Positions 31,201 through 39,696 of a stretch of DNA of 64,000 nucleotides are shown one piece after another. The notes beneath the pieces were generated by a model that was given only the letters and a program-made list of their open reading frames with translations, had not been told where the DNA came from and searched no databases. A program made the translations under genes and the position numbers. Within the stretch, counting starts at the first letter, position 1; each line of letters opens with the position of its first letter. The DNA comes from Arenicellales bacterium (lineage in GTDB: Bacteria; Pseudomonadota; Gammaproteobacteria; Arenicellales; JAJDZL01). The DNA is taken from positions 1,496,009-1,560,008 of the forward strand of contig OZ243980.1 in NCBI GenBank assembly GCA_965214875.1, in the 5' to 3' direction.

Positions 31201-31878
31201 GAGGCGGCGGCGCGGGCGGACGCGCTGAGGCTGTCCGCCGAGGGCTCGGCGCTGGCGCTTAGCGGCGGCTGGAGCGACGGGCGGCGCTTTGCGGGGCTGC
31301 GCCTGTCGCAGGGCGCCTTCGAGGCGGCCTCGGTGGTGGCCAATCCGGCGGCCGGCGGGGCGCTGCTGAGCCGGGCCCGGCTCGATGGCCGGCAGGCGCA
31401 GCTGCGGGCGGGCCTGCACCTCGATTCGGAACGCTGGCGGTGGACCCCGTCGGTCGCATTTCGCGCGGGCTCCTTCAGGCAGGGCGCGCACACGGCGCAA
31501 GGCGCGGCCCTCAGGGCGGAGGTCCCCGCGTTCGAGCAGGACTACGACAGCTTACAGCTGGGACTGAGGATGGCCGCGAAGGGGTGGCTGGACCTCGCCG
31601 GCGGCAAGTGGCGGCCGCAGCTGAAGCTCGGCACGGTGCGCACCTCGGCGGGCGGCGCCCGGTCGGCGGGGCTGGCCCAGTCCGACCGGCTCGGGGTGCT
31701 GAGCTTCACCACGCGGGCCGGCATCCGGGCCCTGCCGGAGACGGTCCATTCGCTGAGCTTCGGCGCGCAGGTGAAGGCTGGCGGCGGGCGGGCAGCATGG
31801 CGGTTCGGCCTCGCCGGACTCGAGGCCGACGGCGAGAAGCACTACGCGGCGCTGGCCGGCTACCGGCTGAGATTCTGA
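28237..31878 (+). CDS. Autotransporter (type Va) outer-membrane protein; the true start is probably ATG 28112 after a 1-nt correction in the C9 tract
   Basis: 1213-aa ORF. The passenger has degenerate beta-helix-like repeats (..GDIDIDVARGSEVTTEGANAHAV.., ..AVMITARNADIRTEGDKADGI..). A Gly-rich linker GGGGGTGGSGGGGSGGGGG follows, then a ~300-aa C-terminal domain with alternating-hydrophobic strands ending ..HYAALAGYRLRF (aromatic terminal residue typical of OM beta-barrels). I counted about 72% G+C at 28201-28300. Confidence 0.8.
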   Translation: MLALCASPAQAANECGELDPDNSRSIVCAAGDSAGDYDASEGNIFYEISDRDADYRFEVREGVVITGVRSNKSQALEEDNVGGEPQDDHGRRNYRPGGVLGDPKNPVEGDPPHALYGGIFIDTDEEFDGDIALESRADITVMNEPFSTDDPNLRGQRREGLHAVSVARGISVAHYGRSGDLDLRVGGSIRSPGTGVYAEIDSLHPDKEGSMFRDIDFVGDIAIDLLPGLKILTDGEDGHGVSAQNFGSGDITITARRARRSGGPDIRTMGHDASGFQVRLGNRHDVFENVEDRNINIDLENFHIKTEGGFGTDSGRDFGAPRDYSFEGSRGLKVYHFTKGAMNIALAGSKVETEGVRGQGIYAVYFADGRRMNQDGMLQNHGPLPKNTNGGGAINIDLADTQIMTRGNYADAVFGYHGSEGDIDIDVARGSEVTTEGANAHAVAGLHHGTGDVIVDVRSSRIATKGAGSDGIRGGHRGAGAVMITARNADIRTEGDKADGIFAFHLGAGGTVDLTKYDQAAPVSAARGTGPRELFDAAPAADFDSSAGPPRIRIEVDGGEIVAACAGEDAEDPADCRGRGIVAEFGPAAQDGEARVDIARAVVRGRRAVEFKGGRGVLNLADSRLVGNVLFADGDYDDVLSITQRSGSGRIGGSVNFLGGDNDKLTLDIADGQHFVFDGPVVGLESFSKTGGGWVRLADNADFANSSLMVDDGYLVVAGLLNAGSGELTVKNAGRLVFEAGLDGSPGTIRHGQIIAGRLRFEGVQGDGGPFVLFQLDEDLSEKQVAEARRLLAASNGLNLLYPVESVTDGAESELDDLEIRSRSDGGGESKVGMIAIDDDGIGKATFDQEAKDRIGRLDLPGTFVAGGGGGTGGSGGGGSGGGGGILGLGLLAVLLGAFLGGGEEADAGFAEYGLGFARPAHVAAADERGVLTLREAGGRPYRLWVRTGAGAQALPMAGVPGLGADGLEIGFSLRGGDGFRLSASAVPEAAARADALRLSAEGSALALSGGWSDGRRFAGLRLSQGAFEAASVVANPAAGGALLSRARLDGRQAQLRAGLHLDSERWRWTPSVAFRAGSFRQGAHTAQGAALRAEVPAFEQDYDSLQLGLRMAAKGWLDLAGGKWRPQLKLGTVRTSAGGARSAGLAQSDRLGVLSFTTRAGIRALPETVHSLSFGAQVKAGGGRAAWRFGLAGLEADGEKHYAALAGYRLRF

Positions 31879-31999
31879 CCGGACCGGACAACAGGAGGAT
31901 TGCCGCAAGGGCGCAAGGCGCGGTAGCCCTCCAAGTCTAAATGCCGCAGAGCGCAACGGCCCGAAACCCGCGCCGGAGTTTTTTGCGGACGAGTCTCCG

Positions 32000-32011
32000 C
32001 CCCCCCCCCCC
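32000..32011 (+). repeat. Homopolymer C12 in the unassigned spacer after the autotransporter
   Basis: Counted directly: ...gagtctccg CCCCCCCCCCCC aattcatcg... Confidence 0.95.
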
Positions 32012-32370
32012 AATTCATCGCCTTGGGAAATTCCGGACAGGCCGGCGCTGAAAAAGCGCATGAAGCAGAAACAGGGCCAAGGACCGGCAATGGGCGCAAG
32101 CGTCCAAGCTGAAACAGCCGCTTTCGCGGTTGCGGCGCCAAGGCCGCCCAGCACCCGAATCATCCCGGCCGCCTCGCTCAGATCCCTCAACGCCGCACTT
32201 GGACTCGATGTGCATCGGCTCAAATCTCACATCCAGCATTTGGTGCGGTGATGTGAAGCAGGCGCATTGGCGCCGAAACCGCTGCAGATGGATGAGACTG
32301 TGGAAATATTCCGTTTTTGCATAAATATCATCCTATTAAAAATGAAATATCTTTGAACACAACAACATAA

Positions 32371-32381
32371 CCCCCCCCCCC
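32371..32381 (+). repeat. Homopolymer C11 abutting the left inverted repeat of the IS30-like element
   Basis: Counted directly: ...aacaacataa CCCCCCCCCCC attccactatgaagtgcaacacc... Confidence 0.95.
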
Positions 32382-32480
32382 ATTCCACTATGAAGTGCAA
32401 CACCCTGGAGGTGGGTGGGGTGTTGCAAACGGCCGGCAGGCGGATGACAATCTCCATGTCAACCACAACGGAGAGCTGTC

Positions 32481-33613
32481 ATGCACAAGTGCTACCACCA
32501 GCTGGCCTATCACGAACGATGCCGGATCAAGGTCCTGCTGTCAAGGGGGTTTTCGATGCGCGGCATCGCCGGTGACCTGAACCGGAGTCCGGCCACGATC
32601 AGCCGCGAGGTCGCCCGCAACCGGGGAGGACGCGGCTACCGGCACGGGCAGGCCCAGGAGAAGGCTGTCGCCCGCCGCAGCGAGGCGTCGGGCGCACCCC
32701 GCAAGCTGACCGAGGCGCTGTGGCGGCGCATCACTGGCCTGCTGAGGCAGGGCTGGAGTCCGGAGCAGGTCGAGGGTCGCCTGAAGCGTCTGGGCGAGGA
32801 GACGGTGGGCCGGGAGTGGATCTGCCGGCAGGTCCGGGCGGACCGCAAGGCCGGGGGCGACCTGTGCCTGTGCCTGAGGCGACGGGGCCGGAAGCCGAAC
32901 TGGAAGGGCGGGCGGCATGCCGGTCGGGGCCGCATTCCGGGGCGGGTGGACATTGCCGAGCGTCCTGCGGCGGTGGAGGAGAAGAGCCGGGTCGGGGACT
33001 GGGAGCTGGACACGATCGTCGGCGCGATGCACCGGGGGGGGGGGCTTTGCTGTCCTCGGTGGATCGGGGGTCCTGGTTCACCATCCTGGAGCTTCTGGCC
33101 GGCAAGGCCGCGGCACCGGTGACCGAGGCCCTGCTGCGGCGCCTGGGGCCGTTCCGCGACCGGACACACACCCTGACCGCGGACAACGGCAAGGAGTTCG
33201 CCGGCCACGAGGAAGTGGCGGCCGGGCTGGACGCGGGGTTCTACTTCGCGATCCCGTACCATTCCTGGGAGCGCGGCCTGAACGAGCGCGTCAACGGCCT
33301 GGTGCGCCAGTACTTCCCGAAGGGCGCCGACTTCCGCCAGGTCGCGGCGGAGCAGGTGCGCGAGGTCGAGGACCGGCTGAACCACCGCCCCCGCAAGGTG
33401 CTGGGCTACCGCACGCCCTACGAGGTCTTCCACGGGGGACTGGCCCCGCCCGGACCCTGCCGCCCGGACGGTCCCGCGCCGCGCCCGCCAAGGGCGGGCG
33501 ATGCACCCGTACGCCCGGCATCGGGCCTTGCAATGCCGCCCGGCACTGTCTACAATGCCGGAAAGTCGGGATTGTCACCGCTTCGGGGCCGAACGAACAC
33601 TCCGCTCCCCTGA
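32481..33613 (+). pseudogene. IS30-family DDE transposase, frameshifted in a G11 tract
   Basis: The N-terminal frame (32481..) reads YHQLAYHERCRIKVLLSRGFSMRGIAGDLNRSPATISREVARN...WSPEQVEGRL...GDWELDTIVGAMHRGGG. It continues in another frame (to 33613): ALLSSVDRGSWFTILELL...TLTADNGKEFAGH...YFAIPYHSWERGLNERVNGLVRQYFPKGADF...LNHRPRKVLGYRTPYEVF. The switch is exactly at the G11 tract. Confidence 0.8.
33034..33044 (+). repeat. Homopolymer G11 inside the IS30-like transposase gene
   Basis: Counted directly: gatgcacc GGGGGGGGGGG ctttgctgtcc. G12 or G9 would restore ..HRGG(G)ALLSSVDRGSWF.. Confidence 0.95.
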
Positions 33614-33614
33614 T

Positions 33615-33665
33615 TGCCCCCTGCCTGTCCATGAAGGCGTAGCCTTCATGGACAGGCAGGGGGCA
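33615..33665. repeat. Perfect 24-bp-arm palindrome (3-nt loop) at the right end of the IS30-like element
   Basis: TGCCCCCTGCCTGTCCATGAAGGC gta GCCTTCATGGACAGGCAGGGGGCA. It starts right after the transposase stop and ends at the right IR. It may be a terminator or a subterminal structure. Confidence 0.9.
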
Positions 33666-34122
33666 GTGTTGCACTTCGGAGTGGAACTGGGGAACTGATT
33701 ATTTGCCGATCCTAGTTAATATTGGAACACTTTTACAGTCTCGGATGCGCCGTGCTGCAAACTGCTTCTTAACTCGCAGATGCAGTTGAATCGTCGTGCC
33801 TTCGTTTATGCCTGTGGATCGCCTAGCTGTTGGATTTCGCATAAAAATAGGATTTTCCCATGCCATTGGAACCACGCGATTGATCGTTTTCGATCATCGA
33901 TTTGCGCGTACGAACTGACTTTTTCGTTCTAGTGGTGTATGTGTATGCGCCATCGGATTTGTGCTACGCAATCAGGGTCTGCAGTGCGGCATACATGCCC
34001 GGGAGGTGTCGGTGCGTCTTGCGCAGTCTGAACGAATGCGTTATCTGTTGCCGCCGTGCGGTTTCATTGCAAACTATCCAAGTTTCACAACGTACAATTG
34101 ATCTATACTATGCATCCGTTGT

Positions 34123-34198
34123 GGGGCGGTAGCTCAGTTGGGAGAGCGTAGCGTTCGCAATGCTAAGGTCGGGAGTTCGATCCTCCTCCGCTCCACCA
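34123..34198 (+). tRNA. tRNA-Ala (anticodon CGC)
   Basis: ggggcggtagctcagttgggagagcgtagcgttCGCaatgctaaggtcgggagttcgatcctcctccgctccacca. It has the G3:U70 alanine identity pair, a TTCGATC T-loop and encoded CCA. Confidence 0.9.
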
Positions 34199-34715
34199 AT
34201 TCGCTGCGCGATAAGAACCTTTGTGAGTGTCGTTGTGCAAGGAGCTTTGAAATCACTCTTGTTCAGCCGATACGAATCCCATGTAAGCATCGAAGCTGGC
34301 GATAGTTTGCAGTGCAAAGCGCGTTGCCGCTTGCTCACGGGTCATTAAGCTCATAGGCGAAGCCTCTACATCCACGAAGTTCCGTCAATCATCGCAGAAT
34401 CGAAAATGTATGCCACCGCGCGATCTGCTGGTGGCGTCTTTGTTGCTCAGTGGCTATGATTCTACGGGCATGGTCGTAGACATTCAGCATGTTGCGGCGA
34501 TGCCGATAAGCGAGAAGGTGAATGTGTCGAGATAAATTGAGGGCGGTTGATGGACGTACGTACGTTTCAACTGTGAATGCGCGATGGACTTGAAGTTGTC
34601 GATTCAAACCGTCGCTAACAATTAATCGTGTTGATATCGCAGAACAGTTGCAGCAGAAGTGAAGAACGCTATAGCGGTAAATTTCAGCACTGCTTTTGCC
34701 TATGCACGAGGCAAC

Positions 34716-35852
34716 TCAACCGACAACTCGCACTTTTTGACCGGGCGTTAGACGTTCGTTGCCGCGAATAACGACGCTTTCGCCAGACTCCAGACCGCTG
34801 ATTACTTCAAATCTGTTGCCGACCGCATCCCCGATCACAATGGGACGCGGCGATGCCGTATCTTCTTCGCTGACAACATAGACTAGATGCCCGTCTCCTT
34901 GCGAGATAATAGCATCCTTATGCACGCTCAATGATTCGTTCATGCGCGAAGTGGGAACGTTGATAGTCACATTCTGATTGATGGCGAGGGACTGTTGCGA
35001 GTCCTGTCCAAGATCGAATGTCAGTCGTACTGCTCGTGTTCTGGTGCTCGCATGCTCTTCCGGAATGAATGCGCGTACGGTTGCATCGAAGGTGGTGCCG
35101 TTGTCGAAGCTCGCCGAAACCGAATCTCCGACCTGAAATGAATCAATGTAGCGATAGGGAATATATGCTTCAATTTCCAATTGACGATCGGCCACCATTC
35201 GAACGATCCGATCACCGACTCGGGCATACTCTCCAACCTCGATAAATTTTTCGACAATAACGCCAGAGTAGGGTGCCTTGATCTGTGTCAGCGAAAGCGA
35301 GTGATCTTCCAGTTCAAGCTCGCGCAGAACAAGCTCGCTTGAGGCTTTAGCTTCGCCGAGTGCATTTCGAGCGGATTCTAAAAGTAGCACGGCATCTTCA
35401 TGTTGCGCTTCTGTTGTTGCAGCGGAGTGGCGCAGCAAAGCGAGGCGTTCTTCTTGCTGAGCCTTGAGTTGGACTTCCAGACTGGCTCGCTTGATTGCCC
35501 AATCGGACACTTCGGAGCGCGCTTGCACACGAGCCCGTTGCAATTGATGGGTCGAATCATCCAGCGAGGCGATGAGATCATCCCTTTCGACGCGATCGCC
35601 CACGCTGACATGCAGCGAAGCGACCGGAGCGCTTACTGCAGCAGCGACAGTGCCTGCTTGTTTCGAGATTAATTGGCCAAAAATTGCGGCTGTTTCCTCT
35701 ACCGCAACCAATCGAACCTGATCGAGCTCGACAGGTGTGGCGGGGGCTTGAGCGCGGGTGGGTGGAACGGCTATCGTCAAAAAGAAGGCCATAGTGGCCA
35801 GTGTTGCAAATTTTGATGTGTTCAGGCTTTGTTTGACGCTATTGGCTGGCAT
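34716..35852 (-). CDS. Efflux RND-transporter periplasmic adaptor (MFP/HlyD family), with no permease gene adjacent
   Basis: Signal/anchor MPANSVKQSLNTSKFATLATMAFFLTIAVPP, a coiled-coil hairpin (QLQRARVQARSEVSDWAIKRASLEVQLKAQQEERLALL), and lipoyl and beta-barrel blocks (IKAPYSGVIVEKFIEVGEY). Confidence 0.85.
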   Translation of the reverse strand: MPANSVKQSLNTSKFATLATMAFFLTIAVPPTRAQAPATPVELDQVRLVAVEETAAIFGQLISKQAGTVAAAVSAPVASLHVSVGDRVERDDLIASLDDSTHQLQRARVQARSEVSDWAIKRASLEVQLKAQQEERLALLRHSAATTEAQHEDAVLLLESARNALGEAKASSELVLRELELEDHSLSLTQIKAPYSGVIVEKFIEVGEYARVGDRIVRMVADRQLEIEAYIPYRYIDSFQVGDSVSASFDNGTTFDATVRAFIPEEHASTRTRAVRLTFDLGQDSQQSLAINQNVTINVPTSRMNESLSVHKDAIISQGDGHLVYVVSEEDTASPRPIVIGDAVGNRFEVISGLESGESVVIRGNERLTPGQKVRVVG

Positions 35853-36111
35853 TACTTTTTCGCAACCTCGCAAGTATCATGGTTGACCGCGACTGGTAAG
35901 TCGGGCTGTTCGATATCATTTCTTCGATTATTCTTGATGCGCCATGGTATTCGCATGGCGGCGATTTTGTAAGGATACGAAAGATTATACAAACTAACTG
36001 CGAAGGCGTGCATTGCTACGCCGGTGCATTTGCTGCTTGGGGCGGGCCTGTTTGGCTAAATCCGCCCCGATGCTTTGCGGCTCGCAGCTTCGCTATTGAA
36101 CAATTTTCGCA

Positions 36112-37152
36112 TTGCGCTTATTTGCGATTGGCTCAGGGAGTGTTCGGGTGGGATTGAACATCAAGTTAAGGTGGCTCGCTTTAGCGATATCGCTCGTTAC
36201 GGTTTGTGCCGGGCTGACACTTTGGTTTTTGAGGGCCGGCACGATCATGCCGGGGGAAACCTTTTCAAATTCGAATCTGCCTGCAAAGGAGCCTGCCCCG
36301 CAGCTTGAGCTGAGACTCAAACGCCATGTTGAGGAACTTGCAGGAAAAATTGGGCCTCGGCACATGGGCAGACCAGTTGCGCTTGAAGCGGCTGCTGCCT
36401 ACATTGAATCGGAATTTCGAAGCTATGGATATGAGCCAAGGCGCGAGACGTTTCCGGTCCGGGCGCAGGAGGCTTCCAACATCTACGTGGAGTTGGAAGG
36501 GACATCCGATCAGGTTGTCATTTTCGGGGCGCACTACGACACAGTGCCTCAGTCGCCTGGCGCGAATGACAATGCAACTGGCGTTGCCGCGATGCTTGAG
36601 CTTGCCAGATTGCACCGAAGCGACTCGCCCGGCCCTACCATCCGTTTCATTGCGTTTGTCAATGAGGAGGCACCTTACTTTTTTACAAACTTCATGGGCA
36701 GTCGAGTTCATGCCCAGAGGAGTCTGCAACGAAACGAGCGCATTGCATGCATGTTTTCGCTGGAGACGATCGGGTACTACAGCGATGAAGCGGGCGGGCA
36801 AAGATATCCGTTTCCTTATTCGCTGTTTTATCCGAGGGTCGGCAACTTTGTAGGGTTTGTCGGCAATTCTGCGTCAAAAGCTGAATTGCATAGAGCGATT
36901 GCCGCGTTCAGGTCTGAAGCGGCTATTGACTCAGAAGGGCTTGCAGCGCCACGAATTATTGCGGATATCAATCGTTCGGATCAGATTTCCTTTTGGGGCA
37001 TTGGCGCACCGGCGATCATGGTGACCGACACAGTAGATTTTCGCTATGAACACTATCACCTGCCGACGGATACGCCGGAAATTATTGTCTATCCTGAATT
37101 TGCTAAGGTTGTAGACGGATTGTCAGCAGTGGTGAGCGAGTTCATGAATTGA
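36112..37152 (+). CDS. M28-family aminopeptidase
   Basis: One N-terminal TM segment, then ...VVIFGAHYDTVPQSPGANDNATGVAAMLELARL...IRFIAFVNEEAPYF (M28 zinc ligand blocks). Confidence 0.75.
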   Translation: MRLFAIGSGSVRVGLNIKLRWLALAISLVTVCAGLTLWFLRAGTIMPGETFSNSNLPAKEPAPQLELRLKRHVEELAGKIGPRHMGRPVALEAAAAYIESEFRSYGYEPRRETFPVRAQEASNIYVELEGTSDQVVIFGAHYDTVPQSPGANDNATGVAAMLELARLHRSDSPGPTIRFIAFVNEEAPYFFTNFMGSRVHAQRSLQRNERIACMFSLETIGYYSDEAGGQRYPFPYSLFYPRVGNFVGFVGNSASKAELHRAIAAFRSEAAIDSEGLAAPRIIADINRSDQISFWGIGAPAIMVTDTVDFRYEHYHLPTDTPEIIVYPEFAKVVDGLSAVVSEFMN

Positions 37153-37699
37153 ACGATGTGCTATGGCGCTTTGGTGCGCCACAGGCGGAGCTTAGTCTTC
37201 AAACTCTTCTGCGATGATCGACTTTGAATCAGTTGACGCTTTGCTGGATATATTTTTTGGAATCTCGCTATGCCTTTGGGCCCGTTCAACAATTAAAGTT
37301 GATAACGACTGCCCGCTTCAGCTCCCGCTCGCCTTCAAGCAGTTCTCGATAGCCGCTTCGACCAGATATCGCTCGCCGGAACGTTCTAGAGTAGGCAGCG
37401 CCTCGCGGTAGGTTGCAAAAGTTTCGATGGTGAAGAAAAGACCGGTTTTTTGAGTGCAAGGTATGCCCGCGGTTCGGAGAATCTAGTTGGCTACCCGATG
37501 CGTTCATGACGCAGATGTGGCAAGGGGTACAGAGCTACGTAGCGCATTTTCAAATCGCGAAGCTGGACGATAGAAATTTATCGCCCTGTTGCTCAGTCGC
37601 TGACGATTGGCATCTGCAATATACTATGCGCCGGTTTACCCCTTCCTCGCCAGAGTCGGCGGGCTTTCCGCAATTTGAGGATCAAATTCAGGTGTGCGA

Positions 37700-38377
37700 A
37701 TGAGCGATAGCGTTGTAGTTCAGACAGGGCCGTCGCCGTGCTTGTCGGTGATTTGGCTTCATGGACTTGGAGCGGATGGGCACGATTTCGAGCCTATCGT
37801 CGACTATTTGAACATTCCATCATCGCATTCCATGCGATTCATCTTTCCGCATGCTCCCAAGCGGCCAGTGACAGTCAATTTCGGAATGATCATGAGAGCT
37901 TGGTATGATCTTTACGACCCGGTGATCAGTGGTGATGCTAGGCTGGATAAAGAGGGTCTCGCTGATTCAGCCGAGATCGTGAACAAGCTGGCCGGAGAAG
38001 AATTGGAGCATGTCGGGGACTATAGGAGGATCGTTTTTGGCGGATTTTCTCAAGGCGGCGCGGTCGCGCTTCACACCGGATTAAGGTTTCGCCATTCCCT
38101 GGGTGGAATTTTTGCTTTATCGTCGTATCTTCCGGGCCATCATGCGTTTGCGGAACAAGCTTCACAATCGAATGGCGGCACGCCGATTCTGTTGCGCCAT
38201 GGGACGATGGATCCGGTCATCACAGTTCAAAACGCCTATGCAACTTACAGCACGCTCTACGATCTTGGCAATCCGGTAGATTGGAAATCCTATCTCGTTG
38301 CGCATTCGGTGTCTCCCGAAATATGCCTCGACATTGGGAAGTTTCTCACGAACTGCTGCCACTCCGAAATGCAGTAG
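37700..38377 (+). CDS. Carboxylesterase / phospholipase-family alpha/beta hydrolase
   Basis: VIWLHGLGADGHDF...GGFSQGGAVALHTGL (GxSxG nucleophile elbow) ...LLRHGTMDPVI. About 225 aa, typical of the Abhydrolase_2 family. Confidence 0.8.
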   Translation: MSDSVVVQTGPSPCLSVIWLHGLGADGHDFEPIVDYLNIPSSHSMRFIFPHAPKRPVTVNFGMIMRAWYDLYDPVISGDARLDKEGLADSAEIVNKLAGEELEHVGDYRRIVFGGFSQGGAVALHTGLRFRHSLGGIFALSSYLPGHHAFAEQASQSNGGTPILLRHGTMDPVITVQNAYATYSTLYDLGNPVDWKSYLVAHSVSPEICLDIGKFLTNCCHSEMQ

Positions 38378-38421
38378 CTTTCCGAATGCTTGCGACAAAA
38401 TGCAATCGTCGGTTCGATCAG

Positions 38422-38997
38422 CTAAACAGGATCGTCGCGCAAAATAGCCTTTAGCCGCTCGATTTGCTTCTTGGGTCCAGGAAGATGCGGATTAACTTCA
38501 AGAGCCTTTTCAAATGCAGTTATTGCTGCTTCGTAGCGCTTCGTTCCCATCAAGATGAGACCCATGCCTGCGATCGCTCCGAAGTGCCGTGGCTCCAAAA
38601 GGAGCGTCTCGTGCACATCGGCGGCTGACTTGTCGAGTTCCCCCATGAAATAGTATGCTGTTGCGCGCTTGTTCCATCCCTCTGCGAATTGCGGGTCCTT
38701 TTCGATGATCCGGCTGAAGATGACTATCGCTTCCGACAGACTGCCGCGCGACATCAGCAGTACGCCTTGCCCGAGTAGGCTATTGATGCTTTGGTCTTCA
38801 TGCTCGCGCCATACCGCCCAGATCTCACCTGTGATCCTGTCTCCTGCCTCAGCTTCGGTTTCGGCCTGCAGCTGTGCAAATAGATTGTCTAAACGAGGAT
38901 CATTTTGATCTGCGGTGGCTAACAAAGAAGTGCTGGCAAGAACAAGCATGCCAGCGGCTAGGCTGATCATATTCTGAATCAAATGGTATTTGTACAT
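38422..38997 (-). CDS. Secreted TPR-repeat protein
   Basis: Signal peptide MISLAAGMLVLASTSLLATA, followed by about 3 TPR units (..AEGWNKRATAYYFMGELDKSAADVHETLLLEPRHFGAIAGMGLILMGTKRYEAAITAFEKALEVNP). Confidence 0.7.
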   Translation of the reverse strand: MYKYHLIQNMISLAAGMLVLASTSLLATADQNDPRLDNLFAQLQAETEAEAGDRITGEIWAVWREHEDQSINSLLGQGVLLMSRGSLSEAIVIFSRIIEKDPQFAEGWNKRATAYYFMGELDKSAADVHETLLLEPRHFGAIAGMGLILMGTKRYEAAITAFEKALEVNPHLPGPKKQIERLKAILRDDPV

Positions 38998-39696
38998 TTG
39001 GCTATTTCCGGTTTTTGTTCTCGCACGTGCTTATAGTTCATTTATATGCGCCAATCGGCATCGCCGCTACAATCAAACGCCGCCAAGACCAGGCGCATTG
39101 GTGAAATGCCAGGTACGCCGATGCTTATTATAGTGGACAAGCCCGCCTCCTGCGATTACGCTGACACGCAAAGAATAAAAGCATGAATTCTTCAATATCA
39201 GCAAGTTGTATGTTGTAGTTCTTAAAAAGCAATGCTGAACCGGATGAACAAATCATGATGAAGGCGTGAAAGCGCCGCATGTTTGAATCTGCCTGCATAT
39301 TGATGGTGGCATTGGGGCTATGCTTGACGCAGATTTGCGTGTGCTGCAAAAGGGCAGCGCGCATGTCGGGTCGATTTCGGCAACAAAAGAGGTCGCAGAT
39401 AGAAGTTCAAATCGTGTTGCACAAAATCGCTTTTGTTGCTTGATTTTACAAGATTTTTAGTTTACTCTTACGCCACTTAAGGAGGATGCCTTTGCCAGTC
39501 GCAAGGCAAGTCAAAAACAACCGTTGCGCGACACAATTATTCGGTCGCACCCGTATCTGTTTGCCGATGTTTCGCTTTTGTCCGTTTCAGATCAGGAACT
39601 GTCGCATTTGCGAAAGACTATTGGCAACGATTAACCTATTGTTTACACGTTGTGCCGCGCTTGGCAGTGCAACGACAAAGCTGGGGTATTCAACTA

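Larger units (their letters stand above)
32382..33688 (+). mobile_element. IS30-family insertion sequence (about 1.3 kb)
   Basis: Terminal inverted repeats are ATTCCACTATGAAGTGCAACACC (32382) and, in reverse complement at 33688, AGTTCCACTCCGAAGTGCAACACT (about 19 matching positions). A single IS30-type transposase lies inside. High G+C. Confidence 0.75.

Noticed and set aside
28177-31500. A 1107-aa ORF on the minus strand, antisense to the autotransporter
   Set aside because: It has a low-complexity composition rich in Arg, Ala, Pro and Gly, typical of shadow ORFs in ~70% GC DNA. It has no recognisable domain, signal or motif. The + strand frame has a signal peptide, passenger repeats, a Gly linker and a beta-barrel ending in F.
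27120-33690. Chimeric or contaminant assembly as the explanation for the GC jumps at the island and IS copies
   Set aside because: It cannot be excluded without reads. It is unlikely because the same IS families also occur as diverged, AT-enriched remnants embedded in host-like sequence (14855, 27120, 50377). IS ends also abut host genes precisely (48217), and the homopolymers (9-12 nt) are shorter than assembler k-mers.
10822-34668. The inverted octamers CGTTCTTC and GAAGAACG considered as crossover sites of the proposed inversion
   Set aside because: An 8-bp match within two ~100-bp search windows is expected by chance at roughly the 10% level. It is kept only as a remark, not as evidence.
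39000-39696. A cobalamin riboswitch upstream of the corrinoid-protein gene
   Set aside because: I found only weak similarity (ggtgaaatgcc, aagaccaggcg) in the wrong order relative to the B12-box architecture. I cannot support a call without a covariance-model search (e.g. the Rfam cobalamin model).
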